Shown here in pieces: positions 32,142 through 41,817 of a DNA stretch of 64,000 nucleotides. The stretch is from Acidobacteriota bacterium. Its GTDB lineage: Bacteria; Acidobacteriota; Aminicenantia; Aminicenantales; Saccharicenantaceae. The translations under genes and the position numbers were made by a program. Under the pieces are notes generated by a model that worked only from the letters and a program-made list of their open reading frames with translations, did no database searches and was not told the DNA's origin. How positions within the stretch are numbered: the first letter of the stretch is position 1; every line of letters starts with the position of its first letter. The DNA is taken from assembly GCA_029571905.1 (NCBI GenBank), contig JAKPXU010000148.1:18225-82224 (forward strand). The letters are read 5' to 3'.

Positions 32142-32936
32142 TTGGTTTCAGTTATGATGAAAGAATTGTTAGAAGCTGGCGTTCATTTCGGGCATCAGAC
32201 CCGGCGCTGGAATCCTAAGATGAAAGAATACATCTTTGGACAGAGGAATGGAATCTATATAATCGATCTGCAGAAAACCATTAAGAACTTCAAAGAAGCA
32301 CTGCAATTTATCAGGACGACGGCGGAAAACGGCCGGGAGATACTTTTTGTTGGTACCAAAAAGCAGGCTCAGGATATTATTAGAGATTATGCCACCAGAT
32401 GTGAATCAAGCTATGTCAATCAGCGCTGGCTTGGCGGTTTGCTGACCAATTTCAAGACGATCAGGGCCAGCGTTGATAAATTGGTTGAAATGGAGGAGAT
32501 GAGGGAAGATGGCCGCTGGGATCTTCTGCCCAAAAAAGAACAGTACCGGCAGGAAAAAATATATAGAAAGCTACAGAAAAATCTGGGTGGATTGAAACGG
32601 TTGACCGAGCTGCCCGGTGCGCTTTTTATAATTGACTCTTCTAAAGAGCAAATTGCCATTGCTGAAGCCAAAAAGGTTGGGATTCCAATTGTGGCCGTGG
32701 TTGATACCAATGGTGATCCGGAAGGAATAGATTATCCTATCCCCGGTAATGACGATGCAGTCAGAGCCATAGAACTTTTTGCCTCCAAAGTGGCCGAGGC
32801 CATAATTGAAGGTAAAAAGGCCAGACTGGCTCAGGGTATGATGGAAGAAAAAAAGGAAGAAGTAACAGCAGAAGTTCCAGTGTCACCAGAAGAAAATGAA
32901 GCTGAGCCTGTCATCAAAACAGAAAAAACCGAGTAA
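32142..32936 (+). CDS. rpsB: 30S ribosomal protein S2
   Basis: [19 protein letters not shown] is canonical S2. Confidence 0.95.
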   Translation: MVSVMMKELLEAGVHFGHQTRRWNPKMKEYIFGQRNGIYIIDLQKTIKNFKEALQFIRTTAENGREILFVGTKKQAQDIIRDYATRCESSYVNQRWLGGLLTNFKTIRASVDKLVEMEEMREDGRWDLLPKKEQYRQEKIYRKLQKNLGGLKRLTELPGALFIIDSSKEQIAIAEAKKVGIPIVAVVDTNGDPEGIDYPIPGNDDAVRAIELFASKVAEAIIEGKKARLAQGMMEEKKEEVTAEVPVSPEENEAEPVIKTEKTE

Positions 32937-32956
32937 CTTTCTTAAAGGAGAAGACC

Positions 32957-33553
32957 ATGGAGATAACCGCTCAACAGGTTAAAGAATTAAGAGATAGAAC
33001 AGGAATCGGGATGATGGAATGTAAGGAGGCTCTGCAGGAAAGCGGCGGAGATATCGAAAAAGCTATCGAAATTTTGCGAAAGAAAGGCCATGCTCGGGCC
33101 CAGGAAAAAGCTGAGCGCCAGGCTGCCGATGGGGTCATCGGAGCCTATATTCATGCCAACAACAGACTTGGTGTTCTGATTGAGGTCAACTGCGAAACGG
33201 ATTTTGTGGCCCGCAATGACGAATTTAAAGAATTGGTTAAGAATCTGGCCATGCAGGTAGCTGCTTCTAATCCGACTTATATCTCGAGTGAAGATGTTCC
33301 AGCTGAAGTGATTGAGAGAGAAAAAGAAATTATCAGAGCTCAAATACAGGAGGCTAAAAAGCCGCCTCAAATTATTGAGCAGATTGTCGAAGGTAAACTG
33401 AAGAAGTTTTTTGAAGAAGTTTGCCTGCTCGATCAACCCTACATCAGAGAGGATAAGATCAAAGTCCGGGATCTGGTCAATACCCATATTGCCAAATTTG
33501 GTGAGAATATCAAAATCAGGCGATTTGTTCGCTATGAAATTGGTAAATACTAG
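32957..33553 (+). CDS. tsf: Elongation factor Ts
   Basis: UBA-like N-terminus (ITAQQVKELRDRTGIGMMECKEAL) and an EF-Ts dimerisation core. Confidence 0.93.
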   Translation: MEITAQQVKELRDRTGIGMMECKEALQESGGDIEKAIEILRKKGHARAQEKAERQAADGVIGAYIHANNRLGVLIEVNCETDFVARNDEFKELVKNLAMQVAASNPTYISSEDVPAEVIEREKEIIRAQIQEAKKPPQIIEQIVEGKLKKFFEEVCLLDQPYIREDKIKVRDLVNTHIAKFGENIKIRRFVRYEIGKY

Positions 33554-33568
33554 ATTGGTCTATAGACA

Positions 33569-34288
33569 ATGAGCGAGGGGCAGCCGGCTTATAGGCGGGT
33601 TCTCCTGAAGCTGTCAGGAGAAGCTATGCGGGGGGAGCTGCCTTATGGAATTGATTTTAAGCGGGCGCGGTCCATTGCCCATGAACTGAATGAAATTCAT
33701 AACCTGGGCGTGGATATTGCTATCATGATTGGCGGCGGCAATATCTTTCGTGGTTCTCAGGGTGTGGCCGAAGGAATGGACCGGGTAACAGCCGACCACA
33801 TAGGCCTGCTGGCCACAGTCATTAACGGGCTGGCATTGCAGGATGCCCTGGAAAAGGAAGGTTTGGTCACCAGACTTATTTCGGCCATAGAAATCAAAGC
33901 TGTGGCCGAGCCTTTTATTAGAAGGCGTGCCCTGCGTCATCTGGAAAAGGGGCGAGTGGTTATTTTTACGGCCGGTCTGGGCAGTCCTTATTTTACGACA
34001 GATACGGCAGCTGTTCTTCGAGCTCTGGAAATTAAAGCTGAAGTCATTCTGAAGGCGACTAAGGTGGATGGCGTTTATACAGCCGATCCGATGATCGATG
34101 CCGGCGCAACCAGATTTGAATCCATCAAATTTCTGGAAGTGATGCAGCAGGAACTCAAGGTCATGGACAGCACGGCTATCAGTCTTTGCAAGGATAATAA
34201 TCTTCCCATCATTATTTTTAATCTAAATCAGCCGGGCAATATTATGAAAGCCGTTCTAGGCGAGAGAGTTGGTACCAAAATTTCATAA
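33569..34288 (+). CDS. pyrH: UMP kinase
   Basis: [10 protein letters not shown]...GGGNIFRG is the amino-acid-kinase fold PyrH signature. Confidence 0.93.
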   Translation: MSEGQPAYRRVLLKLSGEAMRGELPYGIDFKRARSIAHELNEIHNLGVDIAIMIGGGNIFRGSQGVAEGMDRVTADHIGLLATVINGLALQDALEKEGLVTRLISAIEIKAVAEPFIRRRALRHLEKGRVVIFTAGLGSPYFTTDTAAVLRALEIKAEVILKATKVDGVYTADPMIDAGATRFESIKFLEVMQQELKVMDSTAISLCKDNNLPIIIFNLNQPGNIMKAVLGERVGTKIS

Positions 34289-34320
34289 TTCTGGCTGAGA
34301 TCAATTAGAGGAGGGCAACC

Positions 34321-34878
34321 ATGGTCAGAGAGGTTTTGAGAGATACTGAAAAAAAGATGAAGGCTTCAATCGATTATTTTCGCAAGGAAATAAGCAAATT
34401 GCGTACCGGCCGGGCTAATATCAGTATTTTTGAGGATATAAAAGTTATATATTATGGAACGCCAACGCCAATTAATCAGGTGGCAACGATTGGCGTCCCT
34501 GACCCAACCTTAATTACCGTTCAACCCTGGGATCCGAGTTTGATGGAAGCAGTGGAAAAAGCTATCCGGGCTTCTGATTTCGGTTTTAATCCAATCAATG
34601 ACGGCCGGGTGATTAAAGTGCCGGTACCGCCGCTAGATGAGGAAAGACGGCAGGAATTGGCTAAAAAAGCCAATAAAATGCTGGAAGAGGAAAAAACCGC
34701 TCTTCGCAATATGAGAAGAGAAAGCAAAGAGTATATCGAAAAGTTGGAGAAGGATAAGAAAATTACCGAAGACGATAAATTCCAGGCGCTGGAAAAACTA
34801 CAGGAACTGCTGGATGAATATATCAGGCAGGCGGAAGAAATAACTGCGGCTAAAGAAAAAGAAATTATGGAAGGCTAA
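34321..34878 (+). CDS. frr: Ribosome recycling factor
   Basis: 185 aa canonical RRF (the RTGRANISIFEDIKVIYYG region). Confidence 0.93.
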   Translation: MVREVLRDTEKKMKASIDYFRKEISKLRTGRANISIFEDIKVIYYGTPTPINQVATIGVPDPTLITVQPWDPSLMEAVEKAIRASDFGFNPINDGRVIKVPVPPLDEERRQELAKKANKMLEEEKTALRNMRRESKEYIEKLEKDKKITEDDKFQALEKLQELLDEYIRQAEEITAAKEKEIMEG

Positions 34879-35597
34879 TCGCCTTCAATTATTTCACAAT
34901 CAGCTGGAATCTTAACTTCAAAAAGCTCATCACTCAGTTTCTGGTTAAGCTTGAACTGGCTGAAATGATATTCAAGCTTGCTACCTGTCGCTTCAAACAG
35001 AATAGCTTTGGAGAGAAGGTAGGATTTTTGGTCGATTTCAAGTAAAAGATAAGAGTATTGACCTGGCTCTTTAGGAGTCAGTCTGATTTGATAGACATTT
35101 TTTTGATTGGTAGGAAAAGAGCTGGCACTGACCTCATACCTGTCCAGCAGATTAACATTACCGGCCAGCAGGCCAAGAATTTCTCCTGCTTGAAGTTCAT
35201 AATCGGCCTCTTTTTTAATAAGCTGCTTTTCATCGGGGAAATACAGCCAGAGCAGTTCGCCCTTAATTAAAAAAATTTGTTTCTCGGGTGAACTGTATTC
35301 CCAGCGCATGCGGTCTGGGCGGCGAATAAAAACCTTCCCTCGGCCCGAAATCGGTTCCTCCACCTGGTTAGAATAATAATATTGAACAAAATTAGCCTGG
35401 AGGCTGGTTACAGAACTAAGTTTTTCCCAGAGTTTTAAGGCTACTTCCTTTGGATTAAAGTCTTGAGCCAGAGCTGGTGATTGTCTTAAAAGTGGGCTGA
35501 AAAGAAATAAGAAAATCAGCCAGCCTGCCTTCCAACCAGGTTTTAAAAAGCCGGGAAAGCTCAGCCCGTGGCTGGCGGCCTTGGATTTGGCTGCCAT
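34875..35597 (-). CDS. LolA-like outer-membrane lipoprotein carrier / sorting protein
   Basis: Signal peptide plus a LolA-like beta-barrel pattern. It is convergent with frr and the ends overlap. Confidence 0.55.
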   Translation of the reverse strand: MAAKSKAASHGLSFPGFLKPGWKAGWLIFLFLFSPLLRQSPALAQDFNPKEVALKLWEKLSSVTSLQANFVQYYYSNQVEEPISGRGKVFIRRPDRMRWEYSSPEKQIFLIKGELLWLYFPDEKQLIKKEADYELQAGEILGLLAGNVNLLDRYEVSASSFPTNQKNVYQIRLTPKEPGQYSYLLLEIDQKSYLLSKAILFEATGSKLEYHFSQFKLNQKLSDELFEVKIPADCEIIEGD

Positions 35598-35785
35598 TTA
35601 TTAATTCCTTTTATGTATGATATCTAAATATGAGTATATTTTTGCCGAGTCTGCCCTTTATGTCAATCAGCATGGTAAAAGCCGTGCCCAGCCGCCTGCC
35701 TGCGCTAGCCAGGCTGCTTTAAAGGCAAAAAGGATATTGGGCAAAACCGGTTTATGACTTAACAATCAAGCCTTAAAGCCGGGCT

Positions 35786-36373
35786 TTAAGCCTGGGCTGT
35801 TCTCAGATTATAATCGTCTTCAGAAAAGACCTGAGCTTCAAAGACTTCGATGTTGACACCGCGTCTCCACTCATCAGGGGGAAGGCCGGCCTTCAGGCAG
35901 CCGTGGCTGAGGTAAGTTTCCAGGTCCCAACCATATTCAACCGGAACCTGGGGCAGCAATAAACCCTGATTATAGCCCTTGCTGATGATAATCCCATGAC
36001 GGCCAACTACTACTTCCTCCGGCCGATTGACCTTTTTGGGCCTGGTTAGAACCGAAATTTCGATTGACAGCTGGTCAAGTTCTTCAGGTGATAAAGGAGG
36101 GAAACGATAATCTTCAGTCGCTGCTGCTACAGCCATCTCCATGACGGCTTGGTAGAGAGGCTTAACAGGCAGTGGGTAGCCAATGCAGCCCCGCAGCTCG
36201 CCGTTAACTTTCAAGGTGACAAAAACTCCCTGTTTTCTGGTCAGTTTTGGATTGTCTGGACTGACCTCTGGCCATCTGCCCTTTTCTAAATAAAGATTCA
36301 GTGTTTCCCTGGCCAATTTTAAGAGGAAAATTTTTTCCTGATCATTGAGAAATTCTGAATTGTTTTCAGGCAT
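35786..36373 (-). CDS. AMMECR1-domain protein
   Basis: Conserved LRGCIGYP Cys motif. The likely start is the internal Met (MPENNSEF...) at 36373, not the ORF-track start at 36433. Confidence 0.78.
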   Translation of the reverse strand: MPENNSEFLNDQEKIFLLKLARETLNLYLEKGRWPEVSPDNPKLTRKQGVFVTLKVNGELRGCIGYPLPVKPLYQAVMEMAVAAATEDYRFPPLSPEELDQLSIEISVLTRPKKVNRPEEVVVGRHGIIISKGYNQGLLLPQVPVEYGWDLETYLSHGCLKAGLPPDEWRRGVNIEVFEAQVFSEDDYNLRTAQA

Positions 36374-36779
36374 TTCCTCCCTCCACTTCCAGTAGCAGCC
36401 GGTCTGGCCTGGTAAAATAAAAACGATGGTCAAACTTCAACAGACTGCTGCTTATTTTTAAACCTGACTTTGTTCCCTCGCTTATAATAAGAGCAATTTT
36501 TTCGCAGAATAAAGGCTGCTTCATCTTCTTTTTGATCTCAGTTTCCTGACCGAAGCTGAAAATACCGAGAATTTCCAACTTTCCCTGCGACTCAGTCAAA
36601 ATGAATCTTTCTGGCGAAAAAAGCTGCTCCTCGGGAACAATCATAATTTTTTGAACCAGATAAGTCTCGACCAGTTTCTGACCGAGAAGATATCCTTTCA
36701 CCTGTTTCCCTTTTCCCTGAATAGAATTGGCCAGAAGTTGTAAATCTGTCCACGGTTCATAGAGGATGATCAATTCCAT
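36366..36779 (-). CDS. Hypothetical protein (137 aa), possible degenerate MPN-like fold
   Basis: ORF overlapping the AMMECR1 start by 8 nt, so translationally coupled. I see no JAMM HxH motif. Confidence 0.4.
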   Translation of the reverse strand: MELIILYEPWTDLQLLANSIQGKGKQVKGYLLGQKLVETYLVQKIMIVPEEQLFSPERFILTESQGKLEILGIFSFGQETEIKKKMKQPLFCEKIALIISEGTKSGLKISSSLLKFDHRFYFTRPDRLLLEVEGGNA

Positions 36780-36870
36780 TTCGTTTAATTATAACACAGT
36801 CAAAACTCACCAGACAAAATCAACTTGACGGGGCAGGCAGTTTGACATAATATCAAAACAATAAAGAGAT

Positions 36871-37491
36871 ATGAGTTATCAACTGGTAATTGTTGGTCCG
36901 CTGGAGACCAATTGCTATCTCTTTTTCTGCCCCCAAACCAGAGAGTGTGCTGTCATTGATCCGGGAGCAGAGGCGGAAAAAATTTTCGAGGCTATTGCCT
37001 CTTTAGATTTAAAGCCGATCATTATCCTGAATACTCACGGCCATGTTGACCATACTGGGGCTAACCTTGATTTAAAAGAAAGGTACCAGATACCGATTGC
37101 TCTTCACCCTGGCGATTTGCCCTTGCTTGAAGAATATCTTCAGCTGGAACTTGGGCTGATGCTGGGGGCCAGGCCAGCTCCAGCTCCCGACCATCTTCTG
37201 GCCGATGGAGAAAAAATTGCGGTGGGAGAGAGTTTTCTTCAAGTTATCCATTCTCCAGGTCACAGCCCCGGGAGCGTTTGCTTTTACACCGATCACCTGC
37301 TTTTCGCCGGTGACACGCTTTTTTCGGGCGGCGTAGGCCGGACTGATTTGCCGGGAGGTTCGTGGAAAGATTTAGCTCATTCCCTAAAGGCCAGAGTTAT
37401 GACCCTGCCGGATGAAACTGTAGTTTTACCCGGTCACGGTCCCAAAACGACCATCGGTGAAGAGAGGGAATCAAATCCCTACCTGGAATGA
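36871..37491 (+). CDS. MBL-fold metallo-hydrolase (glyoxalase II-like)
   Basis: HGHVDHTG (HxHxDH) with downstream His/Asp ligands. Confidence 0.85.
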   Translation: MSYQLVIVGPLETNCYLFFCPQTRECAVIDPGAEAEKIFEAIASLDLKPIIILNTHGHVDHTGANLDLKERYQIPIALHPGDLPLLEEYLQLELGLMLGARPAPAPDHLLADGEKIAVGESFLQVIHSPGHSPGSVCFYTDHLLFAGDTLFSGGVGRTDLPGGSWKDLAHSLKARVMTLPDETVVLPGHGPKTTIGEERESNPYLE

Positions 37492-38390
37492 CAACCAGAA
37501 GCGAAAAAGCTGAAAACCTGCTCAAGATTTATGCCGATTATCTAACCGTGGAAAGGGGATTGTCTCCGAATACTGTTGGTTCTTATACTCTTGATCTTGA
37601 AAAACTGCTTGGTTATTGTTCCGTCCAGAAAAAGAATTTGACCAGACTAAAAGAGGCTGATCTCGTTAATTTTCTTCATCTCGAGGCTCAGACTGGCCTG
37701 TCGGCTCGATCTCTGGCTCGCCTGGTTTCTTCTCTTAAATCTTTTTTTCGTTTTTTACAACTGGAGAATTATATCGAGACCAATCCAGCCAGCCGCTTGA
37801 ATTCGCCCACTCTGTGGTTTACTCTCCCCCAGGTACTGACCGAGGAAGAGGTTAACAGACTCCTGGAACAGCCTGACGTCAGTCGGCCCCAGGGCCTTCG
37901 AGACCGGGCCATGCTGGAAATTCTCTACGGTGGCGGGCTGCGAGTGTCGGAGCTTATCCGGCTCGAACTCAAGGATATCAGGCTGAAAGAGGGCTTTCTG
38001 GTTTGCAAGGGTAAGGGAAATAAGGAGAGAATAGTGCCAATTGGGCGTCAGGCAGGTTACTGGCTCAGTACCTATCTTCGGGATATAAGACCTGGTTGGG
38101 ATACGAAAGGCTCGCCAGTAGTTTTCCTCACCCGGCGAGGTTCGGGCTTTACCCGCCAGGGAGTCTGGAAATTACTCAAGGCCTATGGCCAGAAGGCTGG
38201 ATTGTCCGAGAAAATTCATCCCCATATTCTCCGGCACTCTTTTGCCACTCATCTTCTGGAGCACGGGGCTGACCTGCGTTCGGTTCAGATGTTGCTCGGT
38301 CACAGCCAGATTACCACTACTCAGATTTATACCCACGTCAGCCGGGAAAGGCTCCGTCAGATTTATGACCGCTATCATCCCCGGGCCTGA
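37488..38390 (+). CDS. xerD: Tyrosine site-specific recombinase XerD/XerC
   Basis: N-terminal SAM-like domain and a catalytic domain with R...HxxR...Y (LLGHSQITTTQIYTHV). Confidence 0.87.
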   Translation: MTTRSEKAENLLKIYADYLTVERGLSPNTVGSYTLDLEKLLGYCSVQKKNLTRLKEADLVNFLHLEAQTGLSARSLARLVSSLKSFFRFLQLENYIETNPASRLNSPTLWFTLPQVLTEEEVNRLLEQPDVSRPQGLRDRAMLEILYGGGLRVSELIRLELKDIRLKEGFLVCKGKGNKERIVPIGRQAGYWLSTYLRDIRPGWDTKGSPVVFLTRRGSGFTRQGVWKLLKAYGQKAGLSEKIHPHILRHSFATHLLEHGADLRSVQMLLGHSQITTTQIYTHVSRERLRQIYDRYHPRA

Positions 38391-38487
38391 AGGCCGTCAG
38401 GAGCTAAACTCAGAGCCTCTTACTGTCTCGGTTAGCTTTTTCACTCAGGACCAATCATTTCTGACCGTAAGTTTTTTAACCAACCAG

Positions 38488-38516
38488 TTGACAACCAGTC
38501 CTGGCGATGGTAAATT
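38488..38516 (+). promoter_or_regulatory. Sigma70-like promoter upstream of the TetR-efflux operon
   Basis: TTGACA, a 17-nt spacer, then TAAATT. It is flanked by an AACCAGT direct repeat. A second TTGACA/TATATA pair lies at 38524-38550. Confidence 0.4.
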
Positions 38517-38596
38517 ATTAGACTTGACAGATTAACATCTATACTATATAGTTTACTAAGTATACTTTAGAGTTTAAAAAACCAAAAGGATTAAAA

Positions 38597-39277
38597 TTGA
38601 AATTAGCTGCTCAGGAAAGAAAAGAGAGAATTCAGGCTGAATATAAAAAACTGATGCTGGCCGCAGCCGAAAGAGTCATCTGCCGCCATGGTTATCAGTC
38701 AGCTACGATGGATGAAATCGCCCGTGAAGCCGAGTTTTCGAAAGCCACCCTTTATAAATATTTTAAGAACAAGGGTGAGATTTTTCTCGAAATTATTTTC
38801 CAGTATGTGGAAGAAATCAGAACTGAACTGATGGCTATCAGCCAATCCAAGCTCCAGCCAGAAGACAAATTAAAAAAGATTATTTTTACGGTGATTAACA
38901 TCCAAAGCCGGAAGGAAAATATTGCCAGACTTATTCTCCAGGATAAAAGCCTGCACGATTTTCTCCGCCGGATTTTTATCTCAATTAAAGAAGACAAACA
39001 AGAATATTTACAGGCCCAGAAATATTTTAAAGCCAAAAGAGAAGATGTCTTTGAGTCGGCCTGTAAAATTATCGTTGAGGGCATCGACAAAGGCCGGTTT
39101 ATCCAGACCTCGCCAGCTCTCATTGTCAAATATGTCAGAGCGATGATTGAGGGCCTGATTTATAGCCGTTTCTGGCAAGAAAAAAGGCTATCAGCCCAGG
39201 AGGAGACAGACCAGATGTTCAGACTTTTGATGGAGGGAATTGCCACCAAACCCGTCCAGAAGGGAGAAGCCAAATGA
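38597..39277 (+). CDS. TetR-family transcriptional regulator
   Basis: HTH signature MDEIAREAEFSKATLYKYFKNKGEIF. Confidence 0.85.
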   Translation: MKLAAQERKERIQAEYKKLMLAAAERVICRHGYQSATMDEIAREAEFSKATLYKYFKNKGEIFLEIIFQYVEEIRTELMAISQSKLQPEDKLKKIIFTVINIQSRKENIARLILQDKSLHDFLRRIFISIKEDKQEYLQAQKYFKAKREDVFESACKIIVEGIDKGRFIQTSPALIVKYVRAMIEGLIYSRFWQEKRLSAQEETDQMFRLLMEGIATKPVQKGEAK

Positions 39278-40629
39278 GGGATAAGAAATTTTGGTTAGCG
39301 GTCTTGATCTTACTCGGTTGCGGCTGGCTATCTTTATCAGCTCAGCCGGTCGAACCGAAGAAAATGGAGTTGACCTTAAATGATTGCTTGAGACTGGCTC
39401 TGGAACAAAATCCTTTTTATCTTTCCACTCAGGAAAAGGAAAGTCAGGCTAAGGCTCAGGTTCGCCAGGCTGTTTCCAACTTTTTCCCCAATGTCAGTGC
39501 TCAGGGGACTGATATTCTGGATAAAAAAGTCTTTACGGTCGAAATTCCTCCCATGATGCCCGGACAGTCGCCGCAGAGAGTAAAATTTGATTTTACCCGA
39601 ACCTATCAAATGACTCTGAATTTTTCCTTCCCACTTTTTACCAGTGGTCGGCTGGTCTCGGGGTATAAGCAAGCTGATTATAATTATCAAGCAACTAAAG
39701 CCTCTATCCGGCAGGCCAGACAGGAAACTGTCTACAACGTCAAAAGCGCCTTTTATAGTTATCTGCTGGCCCGGGATTTTCAGATAGTTGCCCAGGAATC
39801 GGTTGACCTGGCTGAAAAGCACCTGGCCAACGCCAGAAATCTGTATGAGGTTGGAATGGCCACTAAATTTGATCTGCTCCGAGCTGAAGTGCAGTTGGCC
39901 AATTTACAGCCACAGCTGATCAAAGCGAAAAATGCTCTGAATCTGGCTGAACTGGCCCTGAAGAATCTTATAGGTATTGAGCTTAACCAGCCAATTGAAG
40001 TCAAGGGGCAGTTATCCTTTGAAGAAGTTCAGATTAATTCGGAAGAAGCTGTTCAAAAAGCACTGCTTAATCGGCCAGAAGTCCATCAGCTGAGCTATCA
40101 ACGGATGATGAGTGAGCAGATGTTTAAACTGGCCAGAGCCAATGAACTGCCTTCCCTGGCTATAGGCGGAAGTCTTAATTACTGGTCGAATTCTTTGGCC
40201 TTAAAAAAGAACAACTGGGAGAATTATTACACTATTAGCCTGGTTCTGAATATTCCGATCTTTAAGGGCTTTGCCAATGAAGCTCAGGCGGCCCAGGCCA
40301 AGGCCCTGACCAGACAGCTGGATTATTCAATGAAAGGTCTGGTCGAGGCAGTCAAGTTAGAAGTTCAGCAGGCGGTGCTCAATTATCAACAGGCTAAAGA
40401 AGCAGTTGCTTCGCAGGAAAAAAATATAGAACAGGCGCAGGAAGCGGTCAGGTTGGCGGAGCTGAATTTCTCAGAAGGATTAGCTACCACCCTGGATGTC
40501 ACCACCGCTCAAGTGGCCTTAAGTCAGGCCAGAACCAATTATGCTCAAGCTTTGTATGATTGCCTGATGGCCCTGGCTGAACTGGAAAGAGCTGTCGGCG
40601 AAACCAGTTTTGAAAAAGAAAAAAATTAA
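39274..40629 (+). CDS. TolC-like outer membrane efflux protein (OMF)
   Basis: Signal peptide and two-repeat OEP architecture. It overlaps the tetR stop. Confidence 0.8.
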   Translation: MRDKKFWLAVLILLGCGWLSLSAQPVEPKKMELTLNDCLRLALEQNPFYLSTQEKESQAKAQVRQAVSNFFPNVSAQGTDILDKKVFTVEIPPMMPGQSPQRVKFDFTRTYQMTLNFSFPLFTSGRLVSGYKQADYNYQATKASIRQARQETVYNVKSAFYSYLLARDFQIVAQESVDLAEKHLANARNLYEVGMATKFDLLRAEVQLANLQPQLIKAKNALNLAELALKNLIGIELNQPIEVKGQLSFEEVQINSEEAVQKALLNRPEVHQLSYQRMMSEQMFKLARANELPSLAIGGSLNYWSNSLALKKNNWENYYTISLVLNIPIFKGFANEAQAAQAKALTRQLDYSMKGLVEAVKLEVQQAVLNYQQAKEAVASQEKNIEQAQEAVRLAELNFSEGLATTLDVTTAQVALSQARTNYAQALYDCLMALAELERAVGETSFEKEKN

Positions 40630-40683
40630 TCATCAGGTTTTTTATGTATAAAAAGAAACTCGATTGTTTTTGAGGAGGATAGA

Positions 40684-41817
40684 ATGTTAAAGAAGGTTGA
40701 AGGTATTCCCGTTATACTGATTCTGAGTGGTTTGCTTCTTTTGACTTTTTCAGCCTGTCAGACGGGTTCTGAGGATAGAAATGCCCTTAACAATCAGACC
40801 CAGATCGAATTGAGGCCTGTTCAGGTCAAAGTTTATAAAGTTACCGGGCAAAGAATCGCCGAAAAATTAACTTATACAGCAGTTCTCGAGGCCTGGAAAA
40901 AACAGGTTATAACTCCTGATATTTCTGGTAAGATAGCCAGAATTTATGTCAATGAAGGTGATCGAGTCAGAGCCGGACAGCTACTGGCCGAGCTTGATAC
41001 CAGAGCTATCAGGCTTCAATTAGAACAAGCAGAAGCAGCTCTGGCTGCGGCTAAAGCCAACCTGGAGGATGCCAGGAAAAATATGGAAAGGATGGAAAGG
41101 CTTTTTCAGGAAAAGGCCGTTTCAGAGCAACAATATGAAAAGGCCAGACTGGGGCTGGAAGCAGCTCAGGCTCAGAAAGATCAGGCCGAAGCTGCCGTTA
41201 ATCTGGCCAAGCATAACCTTGATGTTTCCCTGATGAAAGCTCCTTTTGACGGGGTGATTGCTTCTAAAAATGCTGAGGAGGGTGATGTTATTAATCCCAT
41301 GATGGCAGGCATGTCTGCCAGTTCAGGTGTTCTGAGTCTGGCCAATTATTCACGGATCAAGGTTAAATTTGATGTAGCCCCTGAAGACATTCAGAAGATT
41401 TCCCGCGGTCAAAAAGTTTATCTGGAAGGGTATGATCTTCCAGGGCAAAGATTTGAAGGGCAGATTTCGGTAGTTAACTCTGCTGCTGATCTCCAGACAA
41501 AAAAGTTCAGAGTTGAAGCTCTGATTAATAATCCCGACCTTCAACTCAAACCAGGTATGTTCGGTCAGGTGATCATCGAAGTTAAATCAAAAGAAAATGT
41601 TCTGGTCGTGCCTTTGAAAGCTTTGCTGGAAAATTCTTATGTGATGGTCGTAGAAGGTGACAAAGCGGTAAGAAAGAATGTCACCACTGGTTTGAAAAAT
41701 AAGGACTTGATCGAGATAATATCAGGCTTAAATGAGAATGATCTGGTCATTGTGGAAGGAAATTTTGGCTTACCAGACGGCAACCCGGTGGAGATCCAGA
41801 ATGAGGTGGCAAAATGA
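40684..41817 (+). CDS. RND efflux periplasmic adaptor (MFP/HlyD family)
   Basis: Lipoyl/biotinyl-like hairpin and a coiled-coil region (LQLEQAEAALAAAKANLE). Confidence 0.85.
   Translation: MLKKVEGIPVILILSGLLLLTFSACQTGSEDRNALNNQTQIELRPVQVKVYKVTGQRIAEKLTYTAVLEAWKKQVITPDISGKIARIYVNEGDRVRAGQLLAELDTRAIRLQLEQAEAALAAAKANLEDARKNMERMERLFQEKAVSEQQYEKARLGLEAAQAQKDQAEAAVNLAKHNLDVSLMKAPFDGVIASKNAEEGDVINPMMAGMSASSGVLSLANYSRIKVKFDVAPEDIQKISRGQKVYLEGYDLPGQRFEGQISVVNSAADLQTKKFRVEALINNPDLQLKPGMFGQVIIEVKSKENVLVVPLKALLENSYVMVVEGDKAVRKNVTTGLKNKDLIEIISGLNENDLVIVEGNFGLPDGNPVEIQNEVAK

Noticed and set aside
36366-36779. Possible JAB/MPN deubiquitinase-like metalloprotease upstream of AMMECR1
   Set aside because: It has no HxHx7Sx2D JAMM motif, only FDHRF. 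At most it is a degenerate fold, so it is kept as hypothetical.
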